The notes under the pieces: generated by a model
Told to the model about the DNA's origin: nothing
The model's database searches: none
Seen by the model: the letters and a program-made list of their open reading frames with translations, nothing else
Assembly (NCBI GenBank): GCA_020638465.1
Contig: JACKIM010000003.1
Coordinates: 34,675-98,674, forward strand
Reading direction: 5' to 3'
Source of the DNA: Geminicoccaceae bacterium
Lineage (GTDB): Bacteria; Pseudomonadota; Alphaproteobacteria; Geminicoccales; Geminicoccaceae
Length of the DNA stretch: 64,000 nucleotides
Shown here: piece after piece, positions 26,946 to 36,795 of the stretch
How the letters are laid out: each line of letters begins with the position of its first letter
How positions within the stretch are numbered: the first letter of the stretch is position 1
Translations under genes and position numbers: made by a program

Positions 26946-27866
26946 GTGATCCGCTACATCATCCAGCGTTGCCTTGCCGCCCTCGTCACCATCTGGATCG
27001 CGACGATTGCCGTCACCCTGCTGATCCACGCGGTGCCGGGTGATCCGGTCCGCATCATGTATGCCAAGTTCCAGTCCACGCCCGAGCAGATCGAGGCCGT
27101 GCGCACGGCACTGGGGCTCGACCAGCCGATATACATCCAGTACTGGATGTATATCCAGCGCATCTTCGAGGGCGACCTGGGCCGCTCCATCGTTGGCAAC
27201 CAGCCCGTTCTCGAAGTGCTTCTCGCCCGCTTCCCCGCAACCCTGCTCCTGGCGACGACCAGCCTGCTGATCGCCGTCGTCGTCGGAATGAGCCTGGGTT
27301 TCCTCGCCGCCTACAGGCGCGGCACATGGATCGATGCCGGCGCGATGCTGGTGGCCATTCTCGGCGTGTCGATGCCGCATTTCTGGCTCGGCCTGCTGCT
27401 GCTGTTCTTCTTCGCGCTCAAGCTCGGCTGGCTGCCGGTGGCGGGAGGCAACCTGGCGAGCCTCGTCCTGCCCGCGCTGACACTCGGACTTTCGAATGCG
27501 GCGGTCCTGGCACGCCTCACCCGCTCCGCCATGATCGACATCTTCGATCAGGACTTCGTGCGTACCGCCCGGGCCAAGGGACTGCCTCAGGCCGTCGTCC
27601 TCTACCGCCATGCCCTGCGCGCCGGGCTCGTTCCCATTGTCTCGATGATGGGGTTGCAGTTCGCCTACATGATGGGAGGTGCAATCGTCGTGGAAAATGT
27701 CTTTGCGTGGAACGGTGTCGGCAGACTCGCCATCGAGGCGGTCTTCGCCCGCGATTATCCGTTGATCCAGGGATTCATCCTGTTCTTTGCCACGGTGGTC
27801 GTGATCGTCTCCCTGCTCATCGACCTGCTCTACGCCGTCCTCGACCCGCGAATCAGGTACAGCTGA
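26946..27866 (+). CDS. ABC transporter permease (DppB type)
   Basis: 306 aa. Begins MIRYIIQRCLAAL and ends DLLYAVLDPRIRY. Confidence 0.9.
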   Translation: MIRYIIQRCLAALVTIWIATIAVTLLIHAVPGDPVRIMYAKFQSTPEQIEAVRTALGLDQPIYIQYWMYIQRIFEGDLGRSIVGNQPVLEVLLARFPATLLLATTSLLIAVVVGMSLGFLAAYRRGTWIDAGAMLVAILGVSMPHFWLGLLLLFFFALKLGWLPVAGGNLASLVLPALTLGLSNAAVLARLTRSAMIDIFDQDFVRTARAKGLPQAVVLYRHALRAGLVPIVSMMGLQFAYMMGGAIVVENVFAWNGVGRLAIEAVFARDYPLIQGFILFFATVVVIVSLLIDLLYAVLDPRIRYS

Positions 27867-28735
27867 TGGCCACCGCCACGGACATTGCCGAACGGCAACC
27901 CAGACGTCGCTTCTGGCTGGAGCTGCTGGCGACACCGACGGGCCTTCTGGGTTCCGTGATCGTCGCCACCCTTGTCATTATGGCCGTTTTCGCCACCTGG
28001 ATTGCACCTTATGACCCGCTGGCCATGGCCGCCGGTCCGAGACTTGCCCCACCCGATGCGCAATACTGGTTCGGCACCGACGATTTCGGTCGCGACGTCT
28101 TCTCCCGCATCGTCTACGGGTCTCGCCTGACCCTGCAGATCGGCGTCATCGCGGTGGGAATATCGCTCACCTCGGGCCTTCTGCTGGGACTGGTGGCCGG
28201 CTATGCCGGAGGCTGGACGGAACGGGTCCTGATGCGACTGGTCGATGTCCTGTTCTCGTTCACCGAGATCGTCATCGCACTGGCCTGTCTCGCCATTCTG
28301 GGCATCGGTCTCACAAACGCGATGATCGCCATCGGGATAGCGTCCATCCCGTTCTATGCCCGTATCACCCATTCGGTCGTTCTGGTGGAAAAGGGCAAAC
28401 CCTATTTCGAGGCCGCGGTCGCAGCCGGTTGCAACCACGTGCGGATGATCTTCCTGCACCTGCTGCCCAATGTCGTGCCGACTCTCATCGTCGTCGGTAC
28501 GCTGGGCATCTCCACAGCCGTCCTCGCGGCGGCCGGACTGAGCTTCCTGGGATTGGGTGCGCAGCCGCCCGAACCCGAGTGGGGGTTCATGCTGTCCTCC
28601 TCGCGCGACCTCATCAACAAGGCACCATGGATGATGATCTTCCCGGGAACGGCCATCGCGATCACCGTTCTGGGCTTCAATCTCCTTGGCGACGGCATCC
28701 GCGAGGTGCTCGATCCTCGCCAGGCCCGTCGCTGA
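27866..28735 (+). CDS. ABC transporter permease (DppC type)
   Basis: Track ORF 27326..28735 trimmed to MATATDIAERQP at 27866 (TGATG overlap). Polytopic. Confidence 0.9.
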   Translation: MATATDIAERQPRRRFWLELLATPTGLLGSVIVATLVIMAVFATWIAPYDPLAMAAGPRLAPPDAQYWFGTDDFGRDVFSRIVYGSRLTLQIGVIAVGISLTSGLLLGLVAGYAGGWTERVLMRLVDVLFSFTEIVIALACLAILGIGLTNAMIAIGIASIPFYARITHSVVLVEKGKPYFEAAVAAGCNHVRMIFLHLLPNVVPTLIVVGTLGISTAVLAAAGLSFLGLGAQPPEPEWGFMLSSSRDLINKAPWMMIFPGTAIAITVLGFNLLGDGIREVLDPRQARR

Positions 28736-28754
28736 CAGCGTGTCGGAGCAGAAC

Positions 28755-30497
28755 ATGAGCGAACCGGTTCTCGATGTCCGCGACCTGACCATCAGCTTCG
28801 GCCACGGCCGGCATCGCCATACCGCCGTGCAATCGCTGTCCTATCACCTGGACAAGGGCGAAACGCTGGCCATCGTCGGTGAGAGCGGCTCCGGCAAGTC
28901 GGTTTCAAGCCTCGCCCTTCTGGGCCTGCTCCCGGAAGGACACGCGACCGTCGAAAGCGGCAGCGCCATGTTCGAGGGGCGCGATCTTCTCCACCTGGAG
29001 GAAGCTGCCATCCGCAACCTGCGGGGCGACCGTCTGACGATGATCTTCCAGGAACCGATGACCTCGCTCAACCCGGTGCTCAAGATCGGCCTGCAACTCA
29101 CCGAGGCCCTCGTCGAGCACAAGGGCATGGATCAGGGCGAAGCCGATGCCCGCGCCATGGAGATGCTGGATCTGGTAGCGCTGCCGGATCCGTCCGGGAC
29201 GATGAAGCGCTATCCGCATGAACTCTCGGGGGGAATGCGCCAGCGGGTGATGATTGCCATGGCGATGGCAAGCGACCCGGCCATTCTCATTGCCGACGAA
29301 CCGACCACGGCTCTGGATGTTACCGTCCAGGCACAGATCCTCGATCTGATGCGCAACCTGAAGGACAGCTTCGGCACGAGCATCATCCTGATCACGCATG
29401 ACATGGGCGTGGTTGCGGAGATGGCCGACCGCGTCGTCGTCATGCATCGCGGGGAGAAGGTCGAGGAGGGAACCGTCGACCGGATCTTCGACAACCCCGG
29501 GAAGGACTACACGAGGCGACTGCTGGCAGCGGTCCCGCGATTGGGCAGCCTTGCCGGTACGAGCTCACCGAAAGCGGTTGTCGGCGAGCCCGAATTGCCG
29601 ACGACGGACATCGTTGTCGAGGCGCGCGGGATGACCAAGCGTTTTGGCGGCGGCACATGGTGGAACCGGGGCAAGGGCACCCTCGCCATGGACGATGTCG
29701 GTTTTACGCTGCACCATGGCGAAACGCTGGCCATCGTCGGCGAAAGCGGTTCGGGAAAGTCGACAACCGGTCGGGCCATTCTCCGCCTGATCGAGGTCGA
29801 CAAGGGACAGATCACCGTCAGCGGCGAGAATATCCGCAAGCTCGGGAATGCTGCCGTCCGATCGGCAAGGCGGCACATGCAGATGATCTTCCAGGACCCG
29901 TTCGCGAGCCTCAACCCGCGCATGTCGGTGGGCCGCCTCGTGATGGAGCCGATGCTTATCCACGGCATGGCATCGGGCTCGGAACTCGAACAACGCGCGG
30001 TAACCCTGTTCGAGCGGGTGGGGCTCGATGCCGATCACATGCGGCGTTACCCGCACGAATTCTCCGGCGGTCAGCGCCAGCGGATCGCCATCGCCCGTGC
30101 ATTGGGTACCCAACCGTCGCTGATCGTGGCCGACGAGCCGACCAGCGCTTTGGATGTCTCCGTCCAGGCCCAGGTCCTGGAACTCATGCTTGAACTGCAA
30201 CAATCGATGGGATTGTCCTATCTGTTCATCTCGCACGACATGGCGGTTGTCGAGGAAATGAGCCATCGGGTAGCCGTCATGCACAAGGGAAGAATTGTCG
30301 AGATGGGATCGCGCGCCGATGTCCTCTATCATCCATTGCACGACTACACCCGCTCCCTGCTGGCCGCCGTGCCGGTAGCCGATCCGCACCGGCAACGCGG
30401 GATCCTTCCGGCACTCGACCTGGCGCATTTGCCGCGCGGGCCGCTTGCCGAAGTGGCGCCCGGTCACTGGGTGGCCCGGGAAGCGGACGCAGCATGA
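28755..30497 (+). CDS. Fused double-domain ABC ATP-binding protein (DppD-DppF fusion type)
   Basis: Trimmed to MSEPVLDVRDL at 28755. Two Walker A sites (GESGSGKS twice) and two signatures ([16 protein letters not shown]). Confidence 0.9.
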   Translation: MSEPVLDVRDLTISFGHGRHRHTAVQSLSYHLDKGETLAIVGESGSGKSVSSLALLGLLPEGHATVESGSAMFEGRDLLHLEEAAIRNLRGDRLTMIFQEPMTSLNPVLKIGLQLTEALVEHKGMDQGEADARAMEMLDLVALPDPSGTMKRYPHELSGGMRQRVMIAMAMASDPAILIADEPTTALDVTVQAQILDLMRNLKDSFGTSIILITHDMGVVAEMADRVVVMHRGEKVEEGTVDRIFDNPGKDYTRRLLAAVPRLGSLAGTSSPKAVVGEPELPTTDIVVEARGMTKRFGGGTWWNRGKGTLAMDDVGFTLHHGETLAIVGESGSGKSTTGRAILRLIEVDKGQITVSGENIRKLGNAAVRSARRHMQMIFQDPFASLNPRMSVGRLVMEPMLIHGMASGSELEQRAVTLFERVGLDADHMRRYPHEFSGGQRQRIAIARALGTQPSLIVADEPTSALDVSVQAQVLELMLELQQSMGLSYLFISHDMAVVEEMSHRVAVMHKGRIVEMGSRADVLYHPLHDYTRSLLAAVPVADPHRQRGILPALDLAHLPRGPLAEVAPGHWVAREADAA

Positions 30498-31453
30498 CCA
30501 TCGGCATAGCCGCCGCCGGCAAGGGAGCTGGCCTTGGCGTCTTCAGGGCCCTGGCAGCCGTCGAGAAGGTCGGTCGCGGAGCCATCGGCGGATTTGTCAG
30601 CATGGCGGCCATCACCGGTGATGGAAGGTTGCTTCGGGCAGAAACCCAACGTGGTGGGACCCTCACCCTTTTCACCGAAGGTGAAACCACCGGCACGCTG
30701 CCGCCGGATGACATCGCCCTTGCCCCCTTCGCCGTCGTCATGTCGAGCGGTCCCGACCGTCCTCATCCGCTGGCCCAGTTCACGCCCGGCGATCCCCTGG
30801 CCGGGCTGGTGACAGGTCACCGCCTGCCCAACATGCCGGGCGCCGGTGGGAAGATACCCAATCTGGAAGTTCTGGAACGGTTGCGTGCGGGTGCCGATGC
30901 ACGTTCGGCGGTGAACGAGGTTCTGGCCGCCATGCCGGATGCGGATGCAGGGGTGGTCGCCATCGACCTGTCGGGCCGGATCCATCTCGGCAATACGGAT
31001 TTCACCGCCACGCGGGGCGATCTCGGACAGGCCCTGATGGAAGCACCGCACGGACGGGCCGCCGTCCTGCACAACGCCATCCACCCGCATCGCGGCCTGG
31101 CCGAACTGGCCGCGGCCACGGCCCTGGATGCCATGGCGCCGGGCGATCGCAGCGATTTCGATGTCACATTCAACGGCAACGTGCCGCTCGAACTCGGCCC
31201 CGCCAATGTGGCCCTGATCGACGATGAAGGGCGCATTGCCATGATCCGTGTCACCCAGGCATCGTGGCTGGGCACGACCTTCGAGGGTGCGGCGATCAAT
31301 TTCAACGCCGCGATCTGCCGGAACGAAACGCTGCTCGGCCATGCCGTATCCGAACCCTATTGCGTTGCACGCAATCGCCACGTGATTTCCATGAGTGGCA
31401 GCAGCCATGCCCGGATCGGTGTGCGCGCCATTCGCCCATCCCCACCGGGATGA
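30494..31453 (+). CDS. Hypothetical protein, possibly distantly DUF1028/Ntn-hydrolase-like
   Basis: 319 aa, ATGA-coupled to the ATPase gene. The segment ARSAVNEVLAAMPDADAGVVAIDLSGRIHLGNT resembles the DUF1028 central region. The assignment is weak. Confidence 0.55.
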   Translation: MTIGIAAAGKGAGLGVFRALAAVEKVGRGAIGGFVSMAAITGDGRLLRAETQRGGTLTLFTEGETTGTLPPDDIALAPFAVVMSSGPDRPHPLAQFTPGDPLAGLVTGHRLPNMPGAGGKIPNLEVLERLRAGADARSAVNEVLAAMPDADAGVVAIDLSGRIHLGNTDFTATRGDLGQALMEAPHGRAAVLHNAIHPHRGLAELAAATALDAMAPGDRSDFDVTFNGNVPLELGPANVALIDDEGRIAMIRVTQASWLGTTFEGAAINFNAAICRNETLLGHAVSEPYCVARNRHVISMSGSSHARIGVRAIRPSPPG

Positions 31454-31561
31454 CCGCCCTTTCGCGTGAAAGAACTCTCGACATTGCAGGCCCCTGCGGC
31501 AAACTGTCGGCATCCGATCGGGCATCCGCCAGTTCGGATACGATGTCGATTTTCAGGATAT

Positions 31562-31601
31562 ATTCACTTTTTATTACAATAAGTTGCAATGAAAAGTGAA
31601 T
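31562..31601. promoter_or_regulatory. 40-bp AT-rich imperfect palindrome (16/19 arm matches) upstream of the SDR gene
   Basis: ATTCACTTTTTATTACAAT-AA-GTTGCAATGAAAAGTGAAT. The outer 10 bp are perfect (ATTCACTTTT / AAAAGTGAAT). It ends 54 nt before the ATG at 31655. Confidence 0.5.
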
Positions 31602-31654
31602 GTACATGATGAAAATCGACATGGCTGGAAACAACAGTGGAAACGGGGAGAACC

Positions 31655-32425
31655 ATGGGACTTGTCCAATACGATCTGCGCGGCAAGCGTGCGCTGGTGA
31701 CGGGTGGAGCATCGGGCATCGGCCTTGCGGCCGTCACCATGCTGGCGCGGGCCGGAGCGGCGGTGGCACTGAACCACCTGCCGGGCGACCCCATGGCCGA
31801 TGACGCACTGGCAAGGCTGACTGCCGAGGGACTGGATGTCCGCTCCGCACCCGGGTCGGTGGCTGAGGCCGAAGCCGTCGGGTCGATGGTCGAGCGGGCC
31901 ATGTCCGACCTCGGCGGGCTCGACTATCTGGTCAACAATGCCGGAACTCCGGCAACCAGGGTGCCCATCCCTCCCGGTGATCTTGATGCGATGACGGACG
32001 GTTTCTGGCAGCAGATCCTCGATACCAATCTTCTTGGACCCTTTCGGTGCACGAAGGCTGCCGTCCACGCCCTGAAGGAAGCACGGGGTGCCATCGTCAG
32101 CACGGCATCGATCGCCGGCATCAACACCCAAGGCAGTTCGGTGGCCTACGGCGCGAGCAAGGCCGGCGTGATCAACCTCACCCGCGCGCTTGCCCGTGGA
32201 CTCGGACCCGAAATCCGCGTCAATGCCGTGGCACCGGGCCATGTGGAAACACCCTGGACGGCGGCCTGGCCCGAGGAGCGCCGGCTGGAAGTGATCGAGA
32301 AGGCCCCCATGAAAAGGGCCTGCCGGGCCGAGGACATTGCCGAAGTGATGATGTTCCTGCTGGCGGGTGCTTCCATGGTCACCGGTCAGACCATCATCGT
32401 CGACGGAGGTCTCACCCTGCAATAA
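31655..32425 (+). CDS. SDR family oxidoreductase
   Basis: ATG at 31655 preceded by GGGGAGA. TGGASGIG, NNAG, and catalytic YGASKAG motifs. Confidence 0.85.
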   Translation: MGLVQYDLRGKRALVTGGASGIGLAAVTMLARAGAAVALNHLPGDPMADDALARLTAEGLDVRSAPGSVAEAEAVGSMVERAMSDLGGLDYLVNNAGTPATRVPIPPGDLDAMTDGFWQQILDTNLLGPFRCTKAAVHALKEARGAIVSTASIAGINTQGSSVAYGASKAGVINLTRALARGLGPEIRVNAVAPGHVETPWTAAWPEERRLEVIEKAPMKRACRAEDIAEVMMFLLAGASMVTGQTIIVDGGLTLQ

Positions 32426-32496
32426 TTCCCCGCCTGGCCGGGGATGTTTTCACAGCATCATTTCGGAAATATCCACCGGCGCCCCGGCGGTGCCGG

Positions 32497-33639
32497 TCAC
32501 CTTCGCGCACCCTTGGCCATCAGTTCGCGGGCGATGATCATGCGCTGGATCTGGTTGGTTCCCTCGTAGATCTGCGTGATCTTGGCATCGCGGTAGAGTC
32601 GCTCGACCTCGAACCCCCGGATATATCCCGATCCGCCGAAGACCTGGACTGCATCCGCCGTCCGCGCCACCGCCATGTCACTGGCGAAGCATTTCGCCAT
32701 CGAGCAATATCGGGTCGCATCCTCGCCCAGATCGATCTTGCCTGCTGCATGATGCACGAGCAGCCGCGCCGCCTCTATATCCTTGGCCATGTCGGCCAGC
32801 AGCCATTGAACACCCTGGAATTCGGAAATGTGCCGGCCGAACTGCTTGCGCTGACCGGCATAGTCGACCGCTGCCTCAAGCCCCGCCTGCGCAATGCCCA
32901 CGGCCAGTGCGGCAATTCCCACCCTGCCCTTGTCCAGCACCGACATCATCATGTGAAAGCCGCGTCCCTGCTCTCCCAGCAACGCTTCGGCCCCGAGCCT
33001 CACATCGGTGAAGGTCAGCGATCCCACCTGCGATGCGCGCTGTCCCATCTTGTGTTCCTTCGGGCCCCGCTCGACGCCCGCCGCATGAAAGTCGACGATG
33101 AAGATCGACATTCCGCGATTGCCGGCCTCCCTGTCGGTGCGGGCCAGCACGAAGCCGAGATCGGCGACCGGGGCATTGTGGATCCAGATCTTGCCGCCAT
33201 CCAGGATCCAGCCGTCACCATCGCGGACCGCCGTGGTCCGTATACCCGAAACATCGGTCCCTGCCTCCGCTTCGGTGATGCAATAGGCCACCTTGCGCCG
33301 CATGGAGAGGATCTCCGGCAACAGCCTGCGCTGTGCTCCGGTTCCGTGGCGGACAAGGAGGGTCGCGATCAGTTCCACCAGTCCGCACTGATCGGCGATG
33401 CTCGCATAACCGCGGGAAAGTTCCTCCATGACGAGAGCATAGGTCAGCGTATCGAATCCGGGACCGCCCATCTCCTCGGGTACGCCGATGCCGAAAAGGC
33501 CAAGCCGGGCCATCTGGTCGTAGATCCCGGCAGGGAAGCACTCCTCCCGGTCCAGGGATTCGGCGGCAGGCCGTATGACTTCGTCGGCAAAGCTGCGCGC
33601 CATTTCGCGCACCTGCTCCTGTATTTGCGAAACATGCAT
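32497..33639 (-). CDS. Acyl-CoA dehydrogenase family protein
   Basis: Trimmed to MHVSQIQEQVREMARSFADE at 33639 (SD GGAGGTGAG). C-terminal ACAD motif YEGTNQIQRMIIAREL. Confidence 0.9.
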   Translation of the reverse strand: MHVSQIQEQVREMARSFADEVIRPAAESLDREECFPAGIYDQMARLGLFGIGVPEEMGGPGFDTLTYALVMEELSRGYASIADQCGLVELIATLLVRHGTGAQRRLLPEILSMRRKVAYCITEAEAGTDVSGIRTTAVRDGDGWILDGGKIWIHNAPVADLGFVLARTDREAGNRGMSIFIVDFHAAGVERGPKEHKMGQRASQVGSLTFTDVRLGAEALLGEQGRGFHMMMSVLDKGRVGIAALAVGIAQAGLEAAVDYAGQRKQFGRHISEFQGVQWLLADMAKDIEAARLLVHHAAGKIDLGEDATRYCSMAKCFASDMAVARTADAVQVFGGSGYIRGFEVERLYRDAKITQIYEGTNQIQRMIIARELMAKGARR

Positions 33640-33858
33640 GGCGACCTCACCTCCTGACGATTTTTCGGGCCGGTTCTTCACGACACCGGCCGCTCGACTA
33701 CAACATGACCTGGATATCGTATTTGTCGATACTGCCTTCTGCATCTACGCAGCCCCGGACAAGGTGGCAACCGCCCGTCGCGACGGTTGTCCCTTGCCTG
33801 CCCGTCCGGCACGACCAAGATTACCGGAAGCCCGCAAGCGCCCAGGTGAAGGATCGAC

Positions 33859-35157
33859 ATGCGCCACGCTCTCCTGCGCTACCTCATGAACCGGATATCG
33901 ACCAGCCTCTGGCTCCTGCCGCTCATCTGCGTCATCGCGGCATGTTTCTCGGCATGGGTATTTTACCATATCGACAACTCGCAGGTCGGACTGAAGCTGA
34001 GCTACTGGCTCGGCATCCATTCCCTCGACGCCTCCAGCGCGAAGCTGATCCTCTCGACCATCGCGGGCTCGATGATGACCATTGCATCGCTGGTGTTCTC
34101 GATCACGCTGATGACACTCACGCTCGCCAGCCAGCAACTGGGCTCACGGCTGATCGAATGGTTCATGAACAATCGCCTGACCCAGCTGGTTCTCGGGTCG
34201 TACATCGCCCTCTTCGTCTACACGCTCCTGAGCATCGGTTCGGTCTCCGACAACGACACCGGCTTCAACTCTCACATCACCGTCGTGGCCGCCATATGCG
34301 CCACGGTCGCCAACCTGATACTGCTCGTCATCTACATCCACAGGGCGGCCCTGCACATCCAGACGGATACCGTCATCTCGGCAAGCGGCAACCAGCTCAA
34401 CGAATCGATCGAGAGCCGGTTCAAGACCATCGGGCAACACGCGCAGGTGGAGGTGAAACCCTATCTCGAAGGCGAACCGGTGACGATCTGCGCTACCGAT
34501 GCCGGTTACGTCCAGACGATCGACATCGGCGCGTTGCTGGATCTGGCCACGAAACATGAGGGGTTCATCAAGGTGGAGCGCCAGGCCGGCGATTTTGTCG
34601 TCGAGGGAGTACCGCTGGCCAGGATATGGGGGTGTGGCGACGAAGCTCTCGAAAAGATCGAGGACAATGTCCGCGGCAATTTCGTATTCGGCCCGAAGCG
34701 GACCGCGGCGCAGGACATCCAGTTCGCCCTTCGCGGTCTGGTGGAGATTGCCCTGCGTGCCCTTTCCCCGGGAATCAACGATCCCCACACGGCACTGGCC
34801 TGCATCGACTACATCGGCAGTGCTCTGGTCAAGCTCATGACCGGGCCCGTCGATCCGAAAATGTTGCCGGACGACAAGGGTATCGCAAGGCTGGCTCTCA
34901 GCGGGCCTTCACTGGACGACTATGCCGATACGGGCTTCAACCCGATACGTCATGCAGGTGCGGACAATCCGCTGGTTCTGGGACGACTGGCGGACGTCCA
35001 GCTCATGCTGCTCTCCCTGTCCGACGACGAGGAGGAATGCATGTTGTGGAAGCGACACCTTCGGCGCACGCTCGAAACGGCCGAACGCTGCATTGCCGAA
35101 CCGGCGGAACGGGTGGACCTGCAACAGCGGATTGGCACTGCCATCGGCGCCCGATAG
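33859..35157 (+). CDS. DUF2254 domain membrane protein
   Basis: 432 aa. N-terminal TM helices, motif LSTIAGSMMTIASLVFSITLMTLTLASQQLGSRL, soluble C-terminal half. SD GAAGGA. Confidence 0.75.
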   Translation: MRHALLRYLMNRISTSLWLLPLICVIAACFSAWVFYHIDNSQVGLKLSYWLGIHSLDASSAKLILSTIAGSMMTIASLVFSITLMTLTLASQQLGSRLIEWFMNNRLTQLVLGSYIALFVYTLLSIGSVSDNDTGFNSHITVVAAICATVANLILLVIYIHRAALHIQTDTVISASGNQLNESIESRFKTIGQHAQVEVKPYLEGEPVTICATDAGYVQTIDIGALLDLATKHEGFIKVERQAGDFVVEGVPLARIWGCGDEALEKIEDNVRGNFVFGPKRTAAQDIQFALRGLVEIALRALSPGINDPHTALACIDYIGSALVKLMTGPVDPKMLPDDKGIARLALSGPSLDDYADTGFNPIRHAGADNPLVLGRLADVQLMLLSLSDDEEECMLWKRHLRRTLETAERCIAEPAERVDLQQRIGTAIGAR

Positions 35158-35166
35158 AGCTTTTCC

Positions 35167-35190
35167 CGTTCAGGCGGAATAGCCTGAACG
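35167..35190. terminator. Stem-loop between convergent genes (9-bp perfect stem)
   Basis: CGTTCAGGC-ggaata-GCCTGAACG, 10 nt after the DUF2254 stop. No clear U-tract. Confidence 0.35.
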
Positions 35191-35225
35191 ATCAGGAAAT
35201 GCGTCGAAACAAACAGATAGAGCCA

Positions 35226-35253
35226 GTTTTCCGATTTCACCTAATCGGGAAAC
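35226..35253. terminator. Second stem-loop between convergent genes (11-bp stem with one G-U pair)
   Basis: GTTTTCCGATT-tcacct-AATCGGGAAAC. No clear U-tract on either strand. Confidence 0.3.
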
Positions 35254-35317
35254 GCTCTAGTCGCGCGCGCCTCTTGTCGACTTTCCCGATCAGGTGAATA
35301 TCCTCCGACAAGTATTG

Positions 35318-36673
35318 TCAGATACGGGTAATTTCCGCGCAGACAGCGGCCTGCACGGCCGCATCGGCGCCGATCCTCTCGCCGAATATCGAACGCATGC
35401 CGAGAAACGCCCGTGCCGTTTCCTGCGGTCTGGCGGAAATCCTCGACGCGAGTTCCGCGGTCATCGGATCGGGAGAGGCAAGTCCCCGCTGCCAGACAGC
35501 GATCCACGCCGCGACCGCCCGACAGAGCAACCGCGGGACACGCCCCTCCCGAAGGTGCCATTCCAGCGCCGGAACCAGCCGCTGGGCAATCTTCTGGCTG
35601 CTGTCCATGGCGATCTGGGCGACACGATGCCGGATCGCCGGGTTGGCGAAGCGCTCGATCACCGAATCGACATGGGCATGAGGATCGAGACCGGCGGGAA
35701 CGGCTGTGGCGGGGATCATCTCCTCTTTCAGCAATGCTTCAATAAACGTCCGTATCGTATTGTCAGCCATACTGTCCGCGACCGTCTCATGCCCTCGCAA
35801 CAGGCCCAGCCATGCCAGCGAGGAATGCGGCGCGTTGACCAGCCGCAGCTTGGCATTCTCGAACGGTTCCACATCGCCGGTGATCAGGGCGCCATGCCGG
35901 TCCCAGGCTGGCCGCGCCCCGTCGAACCGGTCCTCGATGACCCACTGGCTGAACGGCTCGGTGACGACCGCCGCATGGTCCATCCAGCCGAGCTGGCGTG
36001 CGATGGCCTGCCGGTCGGCATCGGTCGTGGCCGGCGTGATCCTGTCGACCATGGATGACGGGCACGCCAGGTCGCGCTCGATGGCATCGGCCAGTTCTCC
36101 GTCGATCTTGCGGGCAAACCGGATGATGGCGGATTTCAGCAGCTGACCGTTTCCGCGCAGGTTGTCGAGGCTCATCACCGTCGGCCAGTCGAGGCCGGCA
36201 TGGCGGCGGGCGGACAGGATGGCCGTGAGCAGGCCCGCGACGGTCACGGGATTGTCCCGATTCGCCAGATCATGACGAATGTCGGATTGATCGAGGTCGA
36301 GAGCTCCGGTGGCCGGATCGAGCGAATATCCCTTTTCGGTGACCGTCATGCTGATGATGGAAAGTCCCGGATCGACGGCCAGGCGCATGACCCGTTCCCG
36401 ATCGCGCGCCAGGGCCACGGCTTCACGGATGACGCCGATCGGCCGCGTACGCAATCCGTCGGCGTGCAACTCGCTGAGCGAGTAGATGCAATCCCGCTCG
36501 CGCAAGGCATCGACGACGGCCGTCGAACGCATGCTGACGGCAGCGATCCCCATGGAGGGATCTTCGGCAAGCGCCTTCTGGCTGTAGTCGGCCATGTGCG
36601 CGCGAAAGAACGCACCCGGGCCCAGATGCATGATGCGCGTCGCCTCCGCTCGCTGCACCGGAATTGTCTCCAT
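35318..36673 (-). CDS. Mannitol dehydrogenase family oxidoreductase (mannonate/altronate/fructuronate reductase-like)
   Basis: Trimmed to [26 protein letters not shown] at 36673 (SD GGGGGGAGG). Long-chain mannitol-DH N-terminal motif HLGxGxFxRAH. Confidence 0.85.
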   Translation of the reverse strand: METIPVQRAEATRIMHLGPGAFFRAHMADYSQKALAEDPSMGIAAVSMRSTAVVDALRERDCIYSLSELHADGLRTRPIGVIREAVALARDRERVMRLAVDPGLSIISMTVTEKGYSLDPATGALDLDQSDIRHDLANRDNPVTVAGLLTAILSARRHAGLDWPTVMSLDNLRGNGQLLKSAIIRFARKIDGELADAIERDLACPSSMVDRITPATTDADRQAIARQLGWMDHAAVVTEPFSQWVIEDRFDGARPAWDRHGALITGDVEPFENAKLRLVNAPHSSLAWLGLLRGHETVADSMADNTIRTFIEALLKEEMIPATAVPAGLDPHAHVDSVIERFANPAIRHRVAQIAMDSSQKIAQRLVPALEWHLREGRVPRLLCRAVAAWIAVWQRGLASPDPMTAELASRISARPQETARAFLGMRSIFGERIGADAAVQAAVCAEITRI

Positions 36674-36795
36674 GGCCGCAACCTCCCCCCTGTCCGGTGC
36701 ATCACCGACGATGGTTCCACCTTGCCGCAAAAGGCTCTAGGAGCATTCTAGCCGGGCCGGAACCCGCCAGATACCCAAAGGAGGAGCCATCACTC

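Noticed and set aside
24330-27935. 1201-aa minus-strand ORF, the longest in the track
   Set aside because: It runs antisense to four well-supported plus-strand genes (RpiR, SBP, two permeases). Its translation is Arg/Gly/Asp/His-rich low-complexity sequence with no recognisable motif. This is the stop-codon-poor antisense frame typical of GC-rich DNA.
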